IMG/VR virus record: IMGVR_UViG_3300037010_002844
Span: 124,001-188,000 of that record
Direction: 5' to 3' (one strand)
Length of the DNA stretch: 64,000 bases
Shown here: one piece after another, positions 1 through 10,177 of the stretch
Numbering within the stretch: the stretch's first letter is position 1
Layout: each line of letters opens with the position of its first letter
The notes under the pieces: generated by a model
Database searches by the model: none
What the model was told of the DNA's origin: nothing
The model's input: the letters and a program-made list of their open reading frames with translations, nothing else
Made by a program: the position numbers and the translations under genes

Positions 1-2886
1 ATCGATGAAACCCGCCAAGCCCCGGCCGCCTGCTGACTTGAACGACTTGACAAGTGCGTTCTTCTCAGGATCAAGGAAGTTGCTCAACGAATCGAGCGAT
101 GTGACCTTGGCGCCTGAAGCCTGGTTGATTGCCTTCAATGTGCTCTGCGTCGGACGCAATTCCGAAGACTTGACGAGGAACTTCTGATTGATGATCTTGT
201 TCAGAGGATCTTTGTCATTATTGTACAAATTTGTGATGGCCCGAGTAAGCGCGGCCTGTCGAGCAGGATCAGTGATTCCTTGCGAGTTGAAGAACGCAGC
301 GTCGGGCATCTTGACCTGGACTGCTACAACATCTGCATCGTCTGTCGTTGAGACAACATTGACAGGAATCATGTCAGCATAGGCATCGACCTTCCACCGA
401 GGGGCCGACGGCACCTGATTGCTAGGCAGCGGATTGCTCTTGCCTGCGTCGGACGCGGAATCGTAGATCTGACCCGGAGTCACGAACCAAGTCTTTTCTG
501 ACGGCGTGGTTCGTGACTTGATGATCTCCGGCGGTACCTTAAACTGGTTACCTGCATCAAAGTCAAGGCCAGAACTATCACCGAACTGTGCCACCGAATC
601 ACCACCCAACGTGGCTCCAAAGAGCCTGGCCAACGCGAATCGTGAGTAGTTGGTCGACAACAGGTTGCCCAGCCTCAATCGAACCAACGGTGATGCTGCA
701 ATCATCTGGCTAAACGGTTGGGTGAAGGCGTAGTTGTTGTCCTTGTCTGACAACCAACGACCTTCGCTGTACTGTGGATAGATGAGAGTCGTCAGCTTGT
801 TGATTTTGACCCACATGTCCTTGAAATCAGCCGGGCTCGTGGCGGCCACGTAGAAGCTGAGGCCGATCTTGCGGACGGTGCTCTTGTAGATCTTGACGGG
901 CTCTACACGCCCGAAGCCATCAGATGATTCATAGTTGGCCGTGTAATCGTCAGACAATGACGACAGGAAGGCGTGGAAGGCAATAATCTCGTTGGTCCTC
1001 ACATCGTGAAAATAGAACGGGATGTACTCAGCATCGAGAGCACGTTCCATGTTCCGCAACGTGACATCGTTGTCGTTATCAGAGCCCTTGCCGACCGGGA
1101 TACGATTGCCGTTCTTCTTGCTGGCATCGTTCGACAACAGGTAGTACTGCGCTCGAGTGTCTGCGTCTTCTGAGGCAATGCCTGATTGGAAGCTACCCAA
1201 GTTATCAGTCGTGGCCTGCAGCGCTAGCGTGGCATTCGGCAGCAGGTACAACGCAGGTGCTCTGTTAGAGCTCCACGCCAGCTTGAGATTCTTGCCATCG
1301 CCCATTCGGTTCTTGCCGATGACATTTGACGGAACGTCATCGGGCAGCTTGTCGATGCTCGAGCGCCTGACGGGCTCACCCGGGGCGCTGATGTTGTCAA
1401 AGTCACTGTCGGTCAAGATCTTGTCGCCCAACGTTGAAAACACGTTCAAGGCTGAGACCAACTTTGAATGCCTCAACACATCGAGCATCGACAGCAGGTT
1501 CTTAACGCCAGACACCAGGTTGTTGCTCTGAAAGATCTTCTTGATTGACTCGATGATGCTAGAGATTGAACGGATGACAGCACGTGCAACGACAGAGTTG
1601 TAGCCCGGCGCAGACGTGATGGCTGTGGCATCGATCGTGACCAGGGCACCAGCGGTGCCATCACTAGAAATGCCAAAGAATGCCAGCGTCCCGACCTTGA
1701 GGCAGTCCGAAAACCTATGCAATGTGGGCCTGATTCCCAAGAGGGCGCCGATGTCCAACGGAAAGTTCGGTGGGAATGCATTGGGATCAGCCAGCTTAGC
1801 CTTTGTTGAAGATCCCAAGATGAAGCGACCGTCTCTCGTCTTCTTGTCTTCTGGCGTTCCTTTGATCAATGACAACAATGAGGCCAGGCCCTCGAACAGC
1901 AACTGAACTCCTGCTGTCAAGGCAGTCGACAGGGCGATCATGCCCAATGACGTGATTCCTGAGTAGGTATCGTATGTGTTGTTCATAGATCCCCACGAGC
2001 CATTGGCGATCGACACCAGGCCTTGGTCGGGAATCTCGTCAGCGCTGATGGTCCGGAGGACGTCTTGCGCCTCCAACATCGACAGGTCAATCTTGGTCGT
2101 TCCCAGTTGGTTGAATGACGGCAAGATCGCCTTGGCTTCCATGCCGCCGGAGCTGGGATTCAGACCTTCCTTTGCGGAGTTCAGCTCGCGGGATGCACGC
2201 ACCGACAAGGCAACGCCGACCTGTGCCATTCGTTTGGTCGAAAATCGACCAAACTTGGGTGAGTACAATGTCGGATTATCACTGGCCCCATAGGGAGCGT
2301 CAGACGTAAAGCGATTGTTGGCCAACACAGACTTGGTGTAGTTGCCGACCGTCGTGCCGTCGACTGACCCGTCGGGCACGTCGGGCAGCAAATGATTGCC
2401 GTCAATCGCATCGGGCGGCGAGCCCAACTCTTTGCCTTTCTTGAGCTTGACGATCGCCGGATCAGGCGCGGTGTACTTCTTATCGTCAGTTTGCGCGCCC
2501 GTCATCCATCCCTTCAAATTTGATGTGGATGAAGTGCCGCCGATGATGCTCTTGCCTTTCGTGAAGAAGGTAGAATTTTCGGTGGTGTGATCGGGCGCTG
2601 GAATAGCGGGCGTCTGATTGTTAGGCGCGGAAGTACTGGCATCAGATGCCGTGCCATCGACGGGGTAGTAGTTGATCTGCGTCTTCTTACCCAAGTAGTC
2701 TGCCAGCGTCTTCTTGGTGGTGTTGCTGAGGTCCTTCTTGGGCGGGTCGTTCTTGTCAACCGTCAAGTCGCCTTTGTCTGTCGTCAGCGGGTAACCAGGC
2801 GCAGGCGGTGCACTCGGGTCGCCAACATCGTAGGTGTACGACTGACCGTCAATGTCGAATCCAGGAGTGCCTGTGTTGGTGCCCAT
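1..2886 (-). CDS. Large baseplate/tail-tube-initiator-like virion protein (gp48/gp54-like domain), truncated by window edge
   Basis: Not in ORF track. Manual translation from ATG 2886 (MGTNTGTPGFDIDGQ...) stays open to position 1 (...GLAGFID). Contains YIPFYFHDVRTNEIIAFHAFLSSLSDDYTANY..GFGRVEPVKIYKSTVRKIGLSFYV, typical of tube-fold baseplate proteins. Lies just downstream of the tape measure gene. Confidence 0.7.
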   Translation of the reverse strand, partial: MGTNTGTPGFDIDGQSYTYDVGDPSAPPAPGYPLTTDKGDLTVDKNDPPKKDLSNTTKKTLADYLGKKTQINYYPVDGTASDASTSAPNNQTPAIPAPDHTTENSTFFTKGKSIIGGTSSTSNLKGWMTGAQTDDKKYTAPDPAIVKLKKGKELGSPPDAIDGNHLLPDVPDGSVDGTTVGNYTKSVLANNRFTSDAPYGASDNPTLYSPKFGRFSTKRMAQVGVALSVRASRELNSAKEGLNPSSGGMEAKAILPSFNQLGTTKIDLSMLEAQDVLRTISADEIPDQGLVSIANGSWGSMNNTYDTYSGITSLGMIALSTALTAGVQLLFEGLASLLSLIKGTPEDKKTRDGRFILGSSTKAKLADPNAFPPNFPLDIGALLGIRPTLHRFSDCLKVGTLAFFGISSDGTAGALVTIDATAITSAPGYNSVVARAVIRSISSIIESIKKIFQSNNLVSGVKNLLSMLDVLRHSKLVSALNVFSTLGDKILTDSDFDNISAPGEPVRRSSIDKLPDDVPSNVIGKNRMGDGKNLKLAWSSNRAPALYLLPNATLALQATTDNLGSFQSGIASEDADTRAQYYLLSNDASKKNGNRIPVGKGSDNDNDVTLRNMERALDAEYIPFYFHDVRTNEIIAFHAFLSSLSDDYTANYESSDGFGRVEPVKIYKSTVRKIGLSFYVAATSPADFKDMWVKINKLTTLIYPQYSEGRWLSDKDNNYAFTQPFSQMIAASPLVRLRLGNLLSTNYSRFALARLFGATLGGDSVAQFGDSSGLDFDAGNQFKVPPEIIKSRTTPSEKTWFVTPGQIYDSASDAGKSNPLPSNQVPSAPRWKVDAYADMIPVNVVSTTDDADVVAVQVKMPDAAFFNSQGITDPARQAALTRAITNLYNNDKDPLNKIINQKFLVKSSELRPTQSTLKAINQASGAKVTSLDSLSNFLDPEKNALVKSFKSAGGRGLAGFID

Positions 2887-2888
2887 CT

Positions 2889-3149
2889 CTACCCTGTGGA
2901 GCCCGAAGTCGCGCTCTCACTGTTAACTACTTCCCTGTCTCCGGTGAGACCCCTGATCAGTTCGGCACACGCCTCTGGGTCGGCTACGACTTTCTCGGCA
3001 AATTCGTCCATCTGCGAAATCAGGTTGACGAACAACGGTTCCAACATCGCCTGGATCTTCTTGCGATCCTCTTCAGTGCCCGCGAGGATCGCTCGCCGAT
3101 AGAGAGGATCGTTGACTAGCAAGTCTCGAATTTGCTGCTTCGTGCGCAT
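2889..3149 (-). CDS. Hypothetical protein (86 aa)
   Basis: Fills the gap between tape measure and the next gene, with tight spacing. Confidence 0.7.
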   Translation of the reverse strand: MRTKQQIRDLLVNDPLYRRAILAGTEEDRKKIQAMLEPLFVNLISQMDEFAEKVVADPEACAELIRGLTGDREVVNSESATSGSTG

Positions 3150-3192
3150 GGCAATATCCTACTCCACAATTCCCACGATTATTCGTGGGTCA

Positions 3193-6100
3193 TCACTTGG
3201 CCGTCACGGGAGTATACGTGTAACCCGTTGCTGTATCGGGCAGTGTGGTCGAAGCAGTCTTGTCGGGCGAGCCCGTCGCAAAGTTGATGCGGTCCCTGAT
3301 GACCGAGTCCTTACGCAGGACGATCGCTTTCTCAACGTCAGAAGCACTCATCTCGATCTTGACGGTCATGTTGATGACGACGTCTTTCGCCTTGATCTCG
3401 TAATTGAACTTGCCGCCCAAACCCATGCCGTTGGCTAGCGTCTTCAACTTGGCGTCCAACTTCAAATCCGGGAGCTTGCCCAAGGCATCATTCAGACTCT
3501 GGGCCTTAGTGACCATGTCGTTGATTGCAATCAACGCGGTGCCGATGCCGTCCTTCGTCATGCTCTTGGAGATGGCCTCAAGGTCGCTACCACTCTTCAG
3601 AATGTCTGTGAAGTTGCCAAAGGCCTTCTTGAGGTTCTCGAGGGCTGCCTTCTGACCAGCGATCTTGCCGATGATCGGATCAGCCAGTGAATCGGAGATC
3701 AACTTCAGTGGGGCGTCGCCTTGTCCGACGCCGCTCTTGGTGATCTTCTCGAAGAACCAACCAATTTCATTCATGATGAGTGCCATCTTGAAACCAATGC
3801 CGGCGATCTGCGTGCCGCCCGACACCAGTGAGTTGACGTCCTTGATGACCTTCATGACATCATTAATGAGGCCGAACAGCAACTTTAGGCTATCGATTTC
3901 CGACTTCTGTCCTGCCAATGTCTTGATGATGGGCAATCCCAAGACGTAAGAAATCAGCTCCATCGGCGCGATGCCGGCGCCGACGCCGCTCTTGAAGATC
4001 TTCTCAAAGAACCAAGCAACTTCGTTGATGACTTCAGCCATGGCAAAGCCCTTGCCGTGGATGTCGCCGCCTTTGGCATCACCCGTCAATGACGTGATGA
4101 TGCCGGGAATCATACCTACGATGTCCATCAATGACTTGAAGACATCGATGCCTTGTTTCAAGGACTCGGGCTTGGTACCCTTCTGAAGATTTTCGATGCC
4201 CATTTTGAGGCTATCGAACAGGAAGGGCATCTTCTCGTTGATCGAGGTGAAGATCTTTGGAACGATGTCACCAATCTTGTCAATGAAAGTAACCACGTTG
4301 AGGTTGGGCACCTTGGCCTGTGCTAGTTGCGAGCTCTGCGCCGTGATCGCCTGGACCATGATGAACATCTGCTGCAACAGCGGGCCGATAAACTTCGTGG
4401 CAGCGGCGTCAGAATCACTAAAGTGCCAACTCGACATTGTCTGCAGCAGGGGTTCGATGGCACTGATGATAGCAGGAATCACCTTTGACAAACCGTCAGA
4501 AATTTGAGTAACGTAGGCACCCAGGGCCTGCATGTTTTCAGGCTTCAGGTTCTTGTCGTCACCGTGTGCAATGATGTTACCAGTGACATCCTTCAACGCC
4601 TCGATGGCGTTGGGTGAAGGTGACATGGCCTGTGCAATTGACACCACTGAACCCAGCAACTGACCCACAGCCGCCGAGGCCTTGAGTTGACTCTCGTTGA
4701 GTCCACCTTGCACGAGAGGCATGACCTTTTCGACGAAAACGTTAATCAGACGTTCAACGTTCTTTGCCGTGTCACCTGCGTACTGCGTCACCTTATCGAT
4801 GGCCTTGTGCACGTCCTCGCCGGTTGTCCACATGCTGTCGACGGACTCGAACAGCTTGTCAGGTGGCTTCATGGCGTTTGCCAGGCTGCCCATTGCGTTC
4901 AAGATCTCAGCAAATGCCTTGGCAGCCTCGAGCATCTCAGGGCCGCCAGAGACTAGAGCCTGCAACGTCTTGGTGATCGTCTCAATGATGCCGATGATGC
5001 CGGACCCGCCAGGTTGGCCGATCATCGCCTTCATCATCTCAGTGACGCTATGGATTCGCTCGACGGTGTCATCCTTGCCACTGAGCAACGTGATGAACGA
5101 CGGCTTGACGGCCTCCAAAATGGCAGCGATGTTCTTGCCAAAGTTGGTGATCGAGTCCATGATCTTGGTGAAGGCGTCGACCTTCTCCTTGAAGCCCTGG
5201 CCCATTGGCACCTCATTGAGCTTCTTCATGATCTCGATAGCGGCTTCACCCATGACAGCTACTGCCGCGACCAACGCTGTCATGCCAGCGGCCAACGCAA
5301 TCGCGCCGAGGCCCGATGTTGACATGATGATAGCACCGATGCCCATGGCAGCGAGGGTGACGAGGCTGACAGCCAGGAACACCTTCGACAGTTCCCACAA
5401 GACGTCGACGACATTCTTCATGCGATTGATGTCAACGCCCTTGAGAGCCAAATAGACGAGGCCCATAATGCCAACCATCGCAAGCAAAGCTAGACCCACC
5501 GCAAGCAGACCGCTGCCCGTGTTGGCATCAACATTGACCTTCGAGACGATCTTCAACGCAAGTGCTGCTGGAACCATAGCCAACGCAGCAAGGCCCACTG
5601 TCTTCAGGCCTTCGATCAATTCAGCGTCTTTGATGTTGAACTTACGAATGAGAATGATCGCGGCGAAGACGGCGACCATGCCGATGAGGATAACGCCGGC
5701 AACTGCCAACAAGAACGTTTTGACCTTGGCCCAGTTGATGCCAGTGCCACCTTTTTCAGCTGCCTGACCGGCCTTGATGATCTCTTCTGACTTGCCTGCG
5801 CTGGGTAGCGGTGAACCTGGGGCCTCAGGCGCTGACTTGACTGTGCCGGCTGCCTCCGCGATCTTCGGACCGAACTTCTTGAAGATAGCACCCGCACCTG
5901 CGATGAAGCCCTTACCCAGTGCGGTGGTCAATGCGGCCAGCGCGGCTCGCGTCAGTGCAGGTCCAAACAGCGTTCCCGCCAACATTGGAATGAACGGCTT
6001 GACGGCTGGTAGAACAGTGTTCTGGAGGAAGTTAAGGACCTTGCCACCCAATACTTTGAGCAGGTCCCAAATTGCAGGTGCTAGGACCTTCCACGCGTGC

Positions 6101-8235
6101 TTTAGGCCTTCCGCGATGGGTGCCAACAGGTCTCCCAGGAATCCCAAAGCGCCAGAGCCCCCGGGCACGCCCAACTCGACCTTGCCCGTGATGACGTCAG
6201 TGATCCAGACGATGACGTCCTTCATCTTGTCGGAGATCCACTTGATGGCCTCACCCAGCATCTTGCTAATCGTGAGGAAGAACTCCTTGAAGCCGTTGAG
6301 CACCCGCTTGCCAGCGCCCTCACTCTTGTTGAAGAAATCGAAGAACTTCTCTTTGAGGTTGTCCATCAACTTCGAGAACGAGTATTCGCCCTTGGTGAAG
6401 CCCTTGAAGAACTTGATCAGCTCATCAGTGATTCCATTGAACAGTGCGCCGAACTTCTTCGGACTGAAGAGCTCCGCGATTCCACCAAGAATATCCTTGA
6501 CGCCAGGGAAGGCCTCAACGAAGGCCTTCCCTAGCCTGACGCCAGCCTGTTCGACCAACAACATGCCACGTTTGATGTTCCAGATGATATCACGGAACTC
6601 CTTGGAGGCCTGAATGCCACCCAAGAACCCATGGAAGAATCTATCGAAGAAGCCCCCCTGCATGCTGGAGCCGCCTGCCATCACGATGCGCTCAATCGAG
6701 TCGGCCAACTTCTCCATGGCTTCGGCCTGGCTCAACTGCTTCTTCTCGGCCTGCTCGCTCTTCTTCTTGATGTCATCCAGGGACGCGCCTTGGTTCTTCA
6801 TCGAGAAGGCCATCTGCGCTGTCTTCTCATCGAGGCCCGTGGTCGAGGCCAACAACTTCTTCTGCTGACGATTGAATTGGGATGCATCAACACCGGCGGC
6901 AGCGAACTGCTTGCGGAGCATCTCGATCTGCGTCGCGGGATCCTGTGCCTCCATCAACTTGAAAGCATCGACGGAAATGCCAAAGGCTTGCGACAGCTTG
7001 GCAGCATTTTCAGCCGCTGAGTCGAACGTCTCGAAGGCATCAAGTATGCCGGTGATCTTGTCGAGCTCGAGGCCCAGCTTGCGGGCATAGACCGATGCTT
7101 GACCGATCTCCTTGACGGTGGCACCCGCAAAGTGCTTCACGTCGTTCATGGCCTTGACCATGTCCCGTGAGATGTGCTTCGAAGCAATGCCAAACTGCTT
7201 GCCCAGGTCCATCGCCTGCTTCTGGATGGGCATCAACTGGTCTGCCATCGTGGTACCAAAGATCTTGGCACGAGCGCCGATGGTTCCCATCATCTCGCCG
7301 CTGAGACCGAGGCCTTTCTGCCAGGCCAGCAAGGCACCACCATTATCGTGGAACTCCTGTGCGAAGTTCTCAAAGGTCGGGCCCATCTCCTGCGACAGCT
7401 TCAGGAATTCCTCGAGGCGGTGAGCCATGTCGCCGAAGACGCGCCAGGCTGACAGGCCCGTGTCAGAGAAACCCTTCAATTCTGTTGCCATCGCAAAGAT
7501 GGCCTTGGGCCCCGTCTGATCGAGGGCTCCAAACTCCTTACGAATGTTCTCGATGGCCTGTAGCAGCTCATTAGAGCCGCCCGCCGCATTGTTGGCGATG
7601 TCGACCAGGCCCTTGAACATCTTGAATGGAATCGCGATGATCGCGCCCGCGATGTTAACCAACGAATCGAGTAGGCCTCCCAAGAAGCCCATCAGGCCCT
7701 TGCCGATGGCCATGACGTTCTTGATGCCCTGTTTGAATCCCGAGATCGCGGCGGCCGAGATCGCCCAAGATGTTGGGAACTTCTTGGACAGGTAGTCGCC
7801 CAACTTCTGCAGCTGCTTGAGCAGCAACTTGGAGACCCCACCGGGCTCCTCGAGGGCCCTCAAGAAATCATCCATTTTCGTCTGGTTGACTCCCTGCGCG
7901 GCCTGTTGCGTTTCTTTCATGCGGCCAGTCAAGGCCTGAACGGAGGTCCCAGCAGTGGCCGCCTTCTTACCCAGTTCATCCAGGGTCGCCTGCTGCGTCT
8001 TGGACAGATCACCCATCTTGTCAATCAGGATCTTGAGACTCTGAGTGACCTGGTTCAGCTGGTTGACAGTCTCTCTGACATCGAGCGTGCCCATGGCCGC
8101 CGCGAGCTGCTTCATCGACTCAACCTGAGTCGCCTGAGCATCGTCGATCTTGTTAGACGCCGCGGCCATGCGGTCCATCAGGGCCGCCATCTTTGTCGCG
8201 ATGTCTAGTTGTTCTTTGTCAATAGGCCCTGCCAT
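3193..8235 (-). CDS. Tail tape measure protein (1680 aa)
   Basis: Very long Ala/Gly/Lys-rich helical protein with a central hydrophobic segment cluster, downstream of tube and chaperone genes. Confidence 0.88.
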   Translation of the reverse strand: MAGPIDKEQLDIATKMAALMDRMAAASNKIDDAQATQVESMKQLAAAMGTLDVRETVNQLNQVTQSLKILIDKMGDLSKTQQATLDELGKKAATAGTSVQALTGRMKETQQAAQGVNQTKMDDFLRALEEPGGVSKLLLKQLQKLGDYLSKKFPTSWAISAAAISGFKQGIKNVMAIGKGLMGFLGGLLDSLVNIAGAIIAIPFKMFKGLVDIANNAAGGSNELLQAIENIRKEFGALDQTGPKAIFAMATELKGFSDTGLSAWRVFGDMAHRLEEFLKLSQEMGPTFENFAQEFHDNGGALLAWQKGLGLSGEMMGTIGARAKIFGTTMADQLMPIQKQAMDLGKQFGIASKHISRDMVKAMNDVKHFAGATVKEIGQASVYARKLGLELDKITGILDAFETFDSAAENAAKLSQAFGISVDAFKLMEAQDPATQIEMLRKQFAAAGVDASQFNRQQKKLLASTTGLDEKTAQMAFSMKNQGASLDDIKKKSEQAEKKQLSQAEAMEKLADSIERIVMAGGSSMQGGFFDRFFHGFLGGIQASKEFRDIIWNIKRGMLLVEQAGVRLGKAFVEAFPGVKDILGGIAELFSPKKFGALFNGITDELIKFFKGFTKGEYSFSKLMDNLKEKFFDFFNKSEGAGKRVLNGFKEFFLTISKMLGEAIKWISDKMKDVIVWITDVITGKVELGVPGGSGALGFLGDLLAPIAEGLKHAWKVLAPAIWDLLKVLGGKVLNFLQNTVLPAVKPFIPMLAGTLFGPALTRAALAALTTALGKGFIAGAGAIFKKFGPKIAEAAGTVKSAPEAPGSPLPSAGKSEEIIKAGQAAEKGGTGINWAKVKTFLLAVAGVILIGMVAVFAAIILIRKFNIKDAELIEGLKTVGLAALAMVPAALALKIVSKVNVDANTGSGLLAVGLALLAMVGIMGLVYLALKGVDINRMKNVVDVLWELSKVFLAVSLVTLAAMGIGAIIMSTSGLGAIALAAGMTALVAAVAVMGEAAIEIMKKLNEVPMGQGFKEKVDAFTKIMDSITNFGKNIAAILEAVKPSFITLLSGKDDTVERIHSVTEMMKAMIGQPGGSGIIGIIETITKTLQALVSGGPEMLEAAKAFAEILNAMGSLANAMKPPDKLFESVDSMWTTGEDVHKAIDKVTQYAGDTAKNVERLINVFVEKVMPLVQGGLNESQLKASAAVGQLLGSVVSIAQAMSPSPNAIEALKDVTGNIIAHGDDKNLKPENMQALGAYVTQISDGLSKVIPAIISAIEPLLQTMSSWHFSDSDAAATKFIGPLLQQMFIMVQAITAQSSQLAQAKVPNLNVVTFIDKIGDIVPKIFTSINEKMPFLFDSLKMGIENLQKGTKPESLKQGIDVFKSLMDIVGMIPGIITSLTGDAKGGDIHGKGFAMAEVINEVAWFFEKIFKSGVGAGIAPMELISYVLGLPIIKTLAGQKSEIDSLKLLFGLINDVMKVIKDVNSLVSGGTQIAGIGFKMALIMNEIGWFFEKITKSGVGQGDAPLKLISDSLADPIIGKIAGQKAALENLKKAFGNFTDILKSGSDLEAISKSMTKDGIGTALIAINDMVTKAQSLNDALGKLPDLKLDAKLKTLANGMGLGGKFNYEIKAKDVVINMTVKIEMSASDVEKAIVLRKDSVIRDRINFATGSPDKTASTTLPDTATGYTYTPVTAK

Positions 8236-8243
8236 GGATCACC

Positions 8244-8957
8244 TCAGAGGGGCCAAGGCACGCCGAGAATGCGCTCGAACTCAGACGCTGTCATGTGCTT
8301 GACGCCGAGCTTCTGCATCACGCTCTCGACGGTGGCGCCTGGGCGGCGTAGTTCTTCCTGAAAGTTTCGGCTAGCCAGCATTGCATTGCTGACCGCGCGT
8401 ACTTGTTCGACGGTCCCGCGGATCTTAGTGTTGACAGCCTTACCGACAAGCCAGGCGCCCAGCGTGGTGAAGAAGATCTTCCCAAGCAGGTTGGTGTGAA
8501 GTTCGTTGATCGGCTGCTTTGATTCAATCGTCACGGATTTGGGGGCGTGCTTAGCTAGGTAGTCCCGAGCGCGATTTAGGATCCCAATATCGCGAGAGTT
8601 GCCTTCGCTCAAAAAGAGCTGTTCAGCCTCTTCAAACGTGACAGCGCGCACTTCCTCCATCTCGTAGTCGTGACCTCCCACCGGGCCCGTCCTGACCATC
8701 ATGAAGTAGTGCGTGATGCTGTACGATCCAATACCTGTTCCCAAGTTGCCATTCGGCAGCAACTTAGCCGGAACTCCGGCCTCTTCTTGGACCTCGCGGA
8801 GTGCCGTTGCCTCGATTCCCTCGCCGGGGTCAACTCGGCCCTTGGGAAAGCACCAAGGGCCGTAGTTGTTTGAGGGTTTACAAACGAAGACCCGATAAGG
8901 CTCTTCCATGTTGTCAAGAACCACACCGCCAGCAGATGTCCACTTGTCCTTCGGCAT
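8244..8957 (-). CDS. NUDIX hydrolase fused to a C-terminal domain of unknown function
   Basis: Nudix box GRVDPGEGIEATALREVQEEAGV in the first ~135 aa, followed by an unrelated ~85-aa domain ending PWPL. Confidence 0.85.
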   Translation of the reverse strand: MPKDKWTSAGGVVLDNMEEPYRVFVCKPSNNYGPWCFPKGRVDPGEGIEATALREVQEEAGVPAKLLPNGNLGTGIGSYSITHYFMMVRTGPVGGHDYEMEEVRAVTFEEAEQLFLSEGNSRDIGILNRARDYLAKHAPKSVTIESKQPINELHTNLLGKIFFTTLGAWLVGKAVNTKIRGTVEQVRAVSNAMLASRNFQEELRRPGATVESVMQKLGVKHMTASEFERILGVPWPL

Positions 8958-8975
8958 GGTTGTAAGTAGGCACGT

Positions 8976-9263
8976 TCAGGTGAATCGCCTCAGTCTCGAG
9001 GGCACCTGACTTCGCGCCTTGTTCTGCATTGACCTGATCTCAGGCGTGTTCTGATGCAAGGCCTTGGTCAACGGTTGCGGGTTGTCGCTGCCGTCTGTGT
9101 TCCCCTTGTTCAACTCTTTGACGATCCTCTCGATGAACCAGCGCTTGTACGCCACCGGGAGGTCATAGACCTCCCGATAGAGGAAGCCCCCGTAGTACAT
9201 CAACAAGAACGTCGGCTCTAGGATGAGCTGGACTTTGTCACTTGGCTGCAGGCCAAAGAAACG
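8976..9263 (-). CDS. Small tail/baseplate assembly ORF, probably a frameshift extension of the upstream chaperone
   Basis: Frame open from 9263 (RFFGLQPSDKVQLILEPTFLLMYYGGFLYREVYDLPVAYKRWF...), overlapping the last codons of the upstream gene; no clear RBS. Confidence 0.7.
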   Translation of the reverse strand, partial: RFFGLQPSDKVQLILEPTFLLMYYGGFLYREVYDLPVAYKRWFIERIVKELNKGNTDGSDNPQPLTKALHQNTPEIRSMQNKARSQVPSRLRRFT

Positions 9264-10101
9264 TCACACCCAGCGGCATCCCGACCTCCTCGGAGTGACC
9301 GCACGAAGGACACGAGGTCTCCTGCTTCATCACGATGCCAGGTTCATTGTCGCGAATGTAGTTACGCAGTGCTAGCGAATCACGAGCCGGCATCATGCGA
9401 ACGAAGGCCGCGATCTTGGCGCGGTCTTCGACTCCGTCGATCGAAACAATGCTGTACAGCAAGTTCGTCGTCACGCCGGCCTCGGTCGACAGGCCCAACT
9501 TCTTCTGCTTCTCAGCAGTCGACAGCATCTCTTCCTCATCGCGGCCTGACAGGAAGCGGAAACGAACAGTCTTCTTGCTGTAGGGCAACGTGAACTCGAA
9601 GAGATTCATGCCTTCGGCAACGGGTTCGATCTCTAGACGACGTAGAGGCAGCGCCGCCAAGTTGAACTGGTGAGGTGCCTTGGTCTGACACTCCGGACAC
9701 TCGATCTCGGCGTCGTATTCAGCACCGTAACCGGTGATGCGGACGGCAACCATCAGCGCATTGCGGTCACCGATCAACAGATCACGGGGATCGATGCGCT
9801 TGTCGATCAAGCACGACTTGATCAGTTCCGTGATGACGGTGCCCTTCTTCAACAGAGCCTTGCTCGTCAGGATGTCCTCCTCACGGGCCGTCATGGCACG
9901 AATCTCGACAGTCTCAAGACCGTGCAATGGAGAATCAACGGGGTAGGTCGCGCCGTTTGACGGCAGCGGGACGGTCTCGACTGGGATCTCTAGGCCAAAG
10001 TCTTGTTTAGCCTGAGCCTGTGTCGTTGTCTGGGGAATCCGAGGATCAACGCCGGCGGCGCCCTTGAAGATTTCGTTTCGCTGTTCACGCTGTTCTGACA
10101 T
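9238..10101 (-). CDS. T4 gp26-like baseplate hub/tail assembly chaperone
   Basis: VPLPSNG..IRAMTAREEDIL..DLLIGDRNALMVAVRITGYG, two CxxC motifs, ends FLWP; start moved to ATG 10101 (MSEQ). Confidence 0.8.
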   Translation of the reverse strand: MSEQREQRNEIFKGAAGVDPRIPQTTTQAQAKQDFGLEIPVETVPLPSNGATYPVDSPLHGLETVEIRAMTAREEDILTSKALLKKGTVITELIKSCLIDKRIDPRDLLIGDRNALMVAVRITGYGAEYDAEIECPECQTKAPHQFNLAALPLRRLEIEPVAEGMNLFEFTLPYSKKTVRFRFLSGRDEEEMLSTAEKQKKLGLSTEAGVTTNLLYSIVSIDGVEDRAKIAAFVRMMPARDSLALRNYIRDNEPGIVMKQETSCPSCGHSEEVGMPLGVTFLWPAAK

Positions 10102-10177
10102 TTGTGGTCCCTTGTGTGGTGATCTTACCCTCCTGTCACCACTGCGTAAATAGGGACCTGGCACACGTGTCGGCCGT

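Noticed and set aside
3404-8208. Long plus-strand ORFs opposite tape measure (also opposite sheath and capsid genes, e.g. 12686-13963, 41204-42214)
   Set aside because: Antisense shadows of GC-rich, codon-biased minus-strand genes; no motifs or RBS
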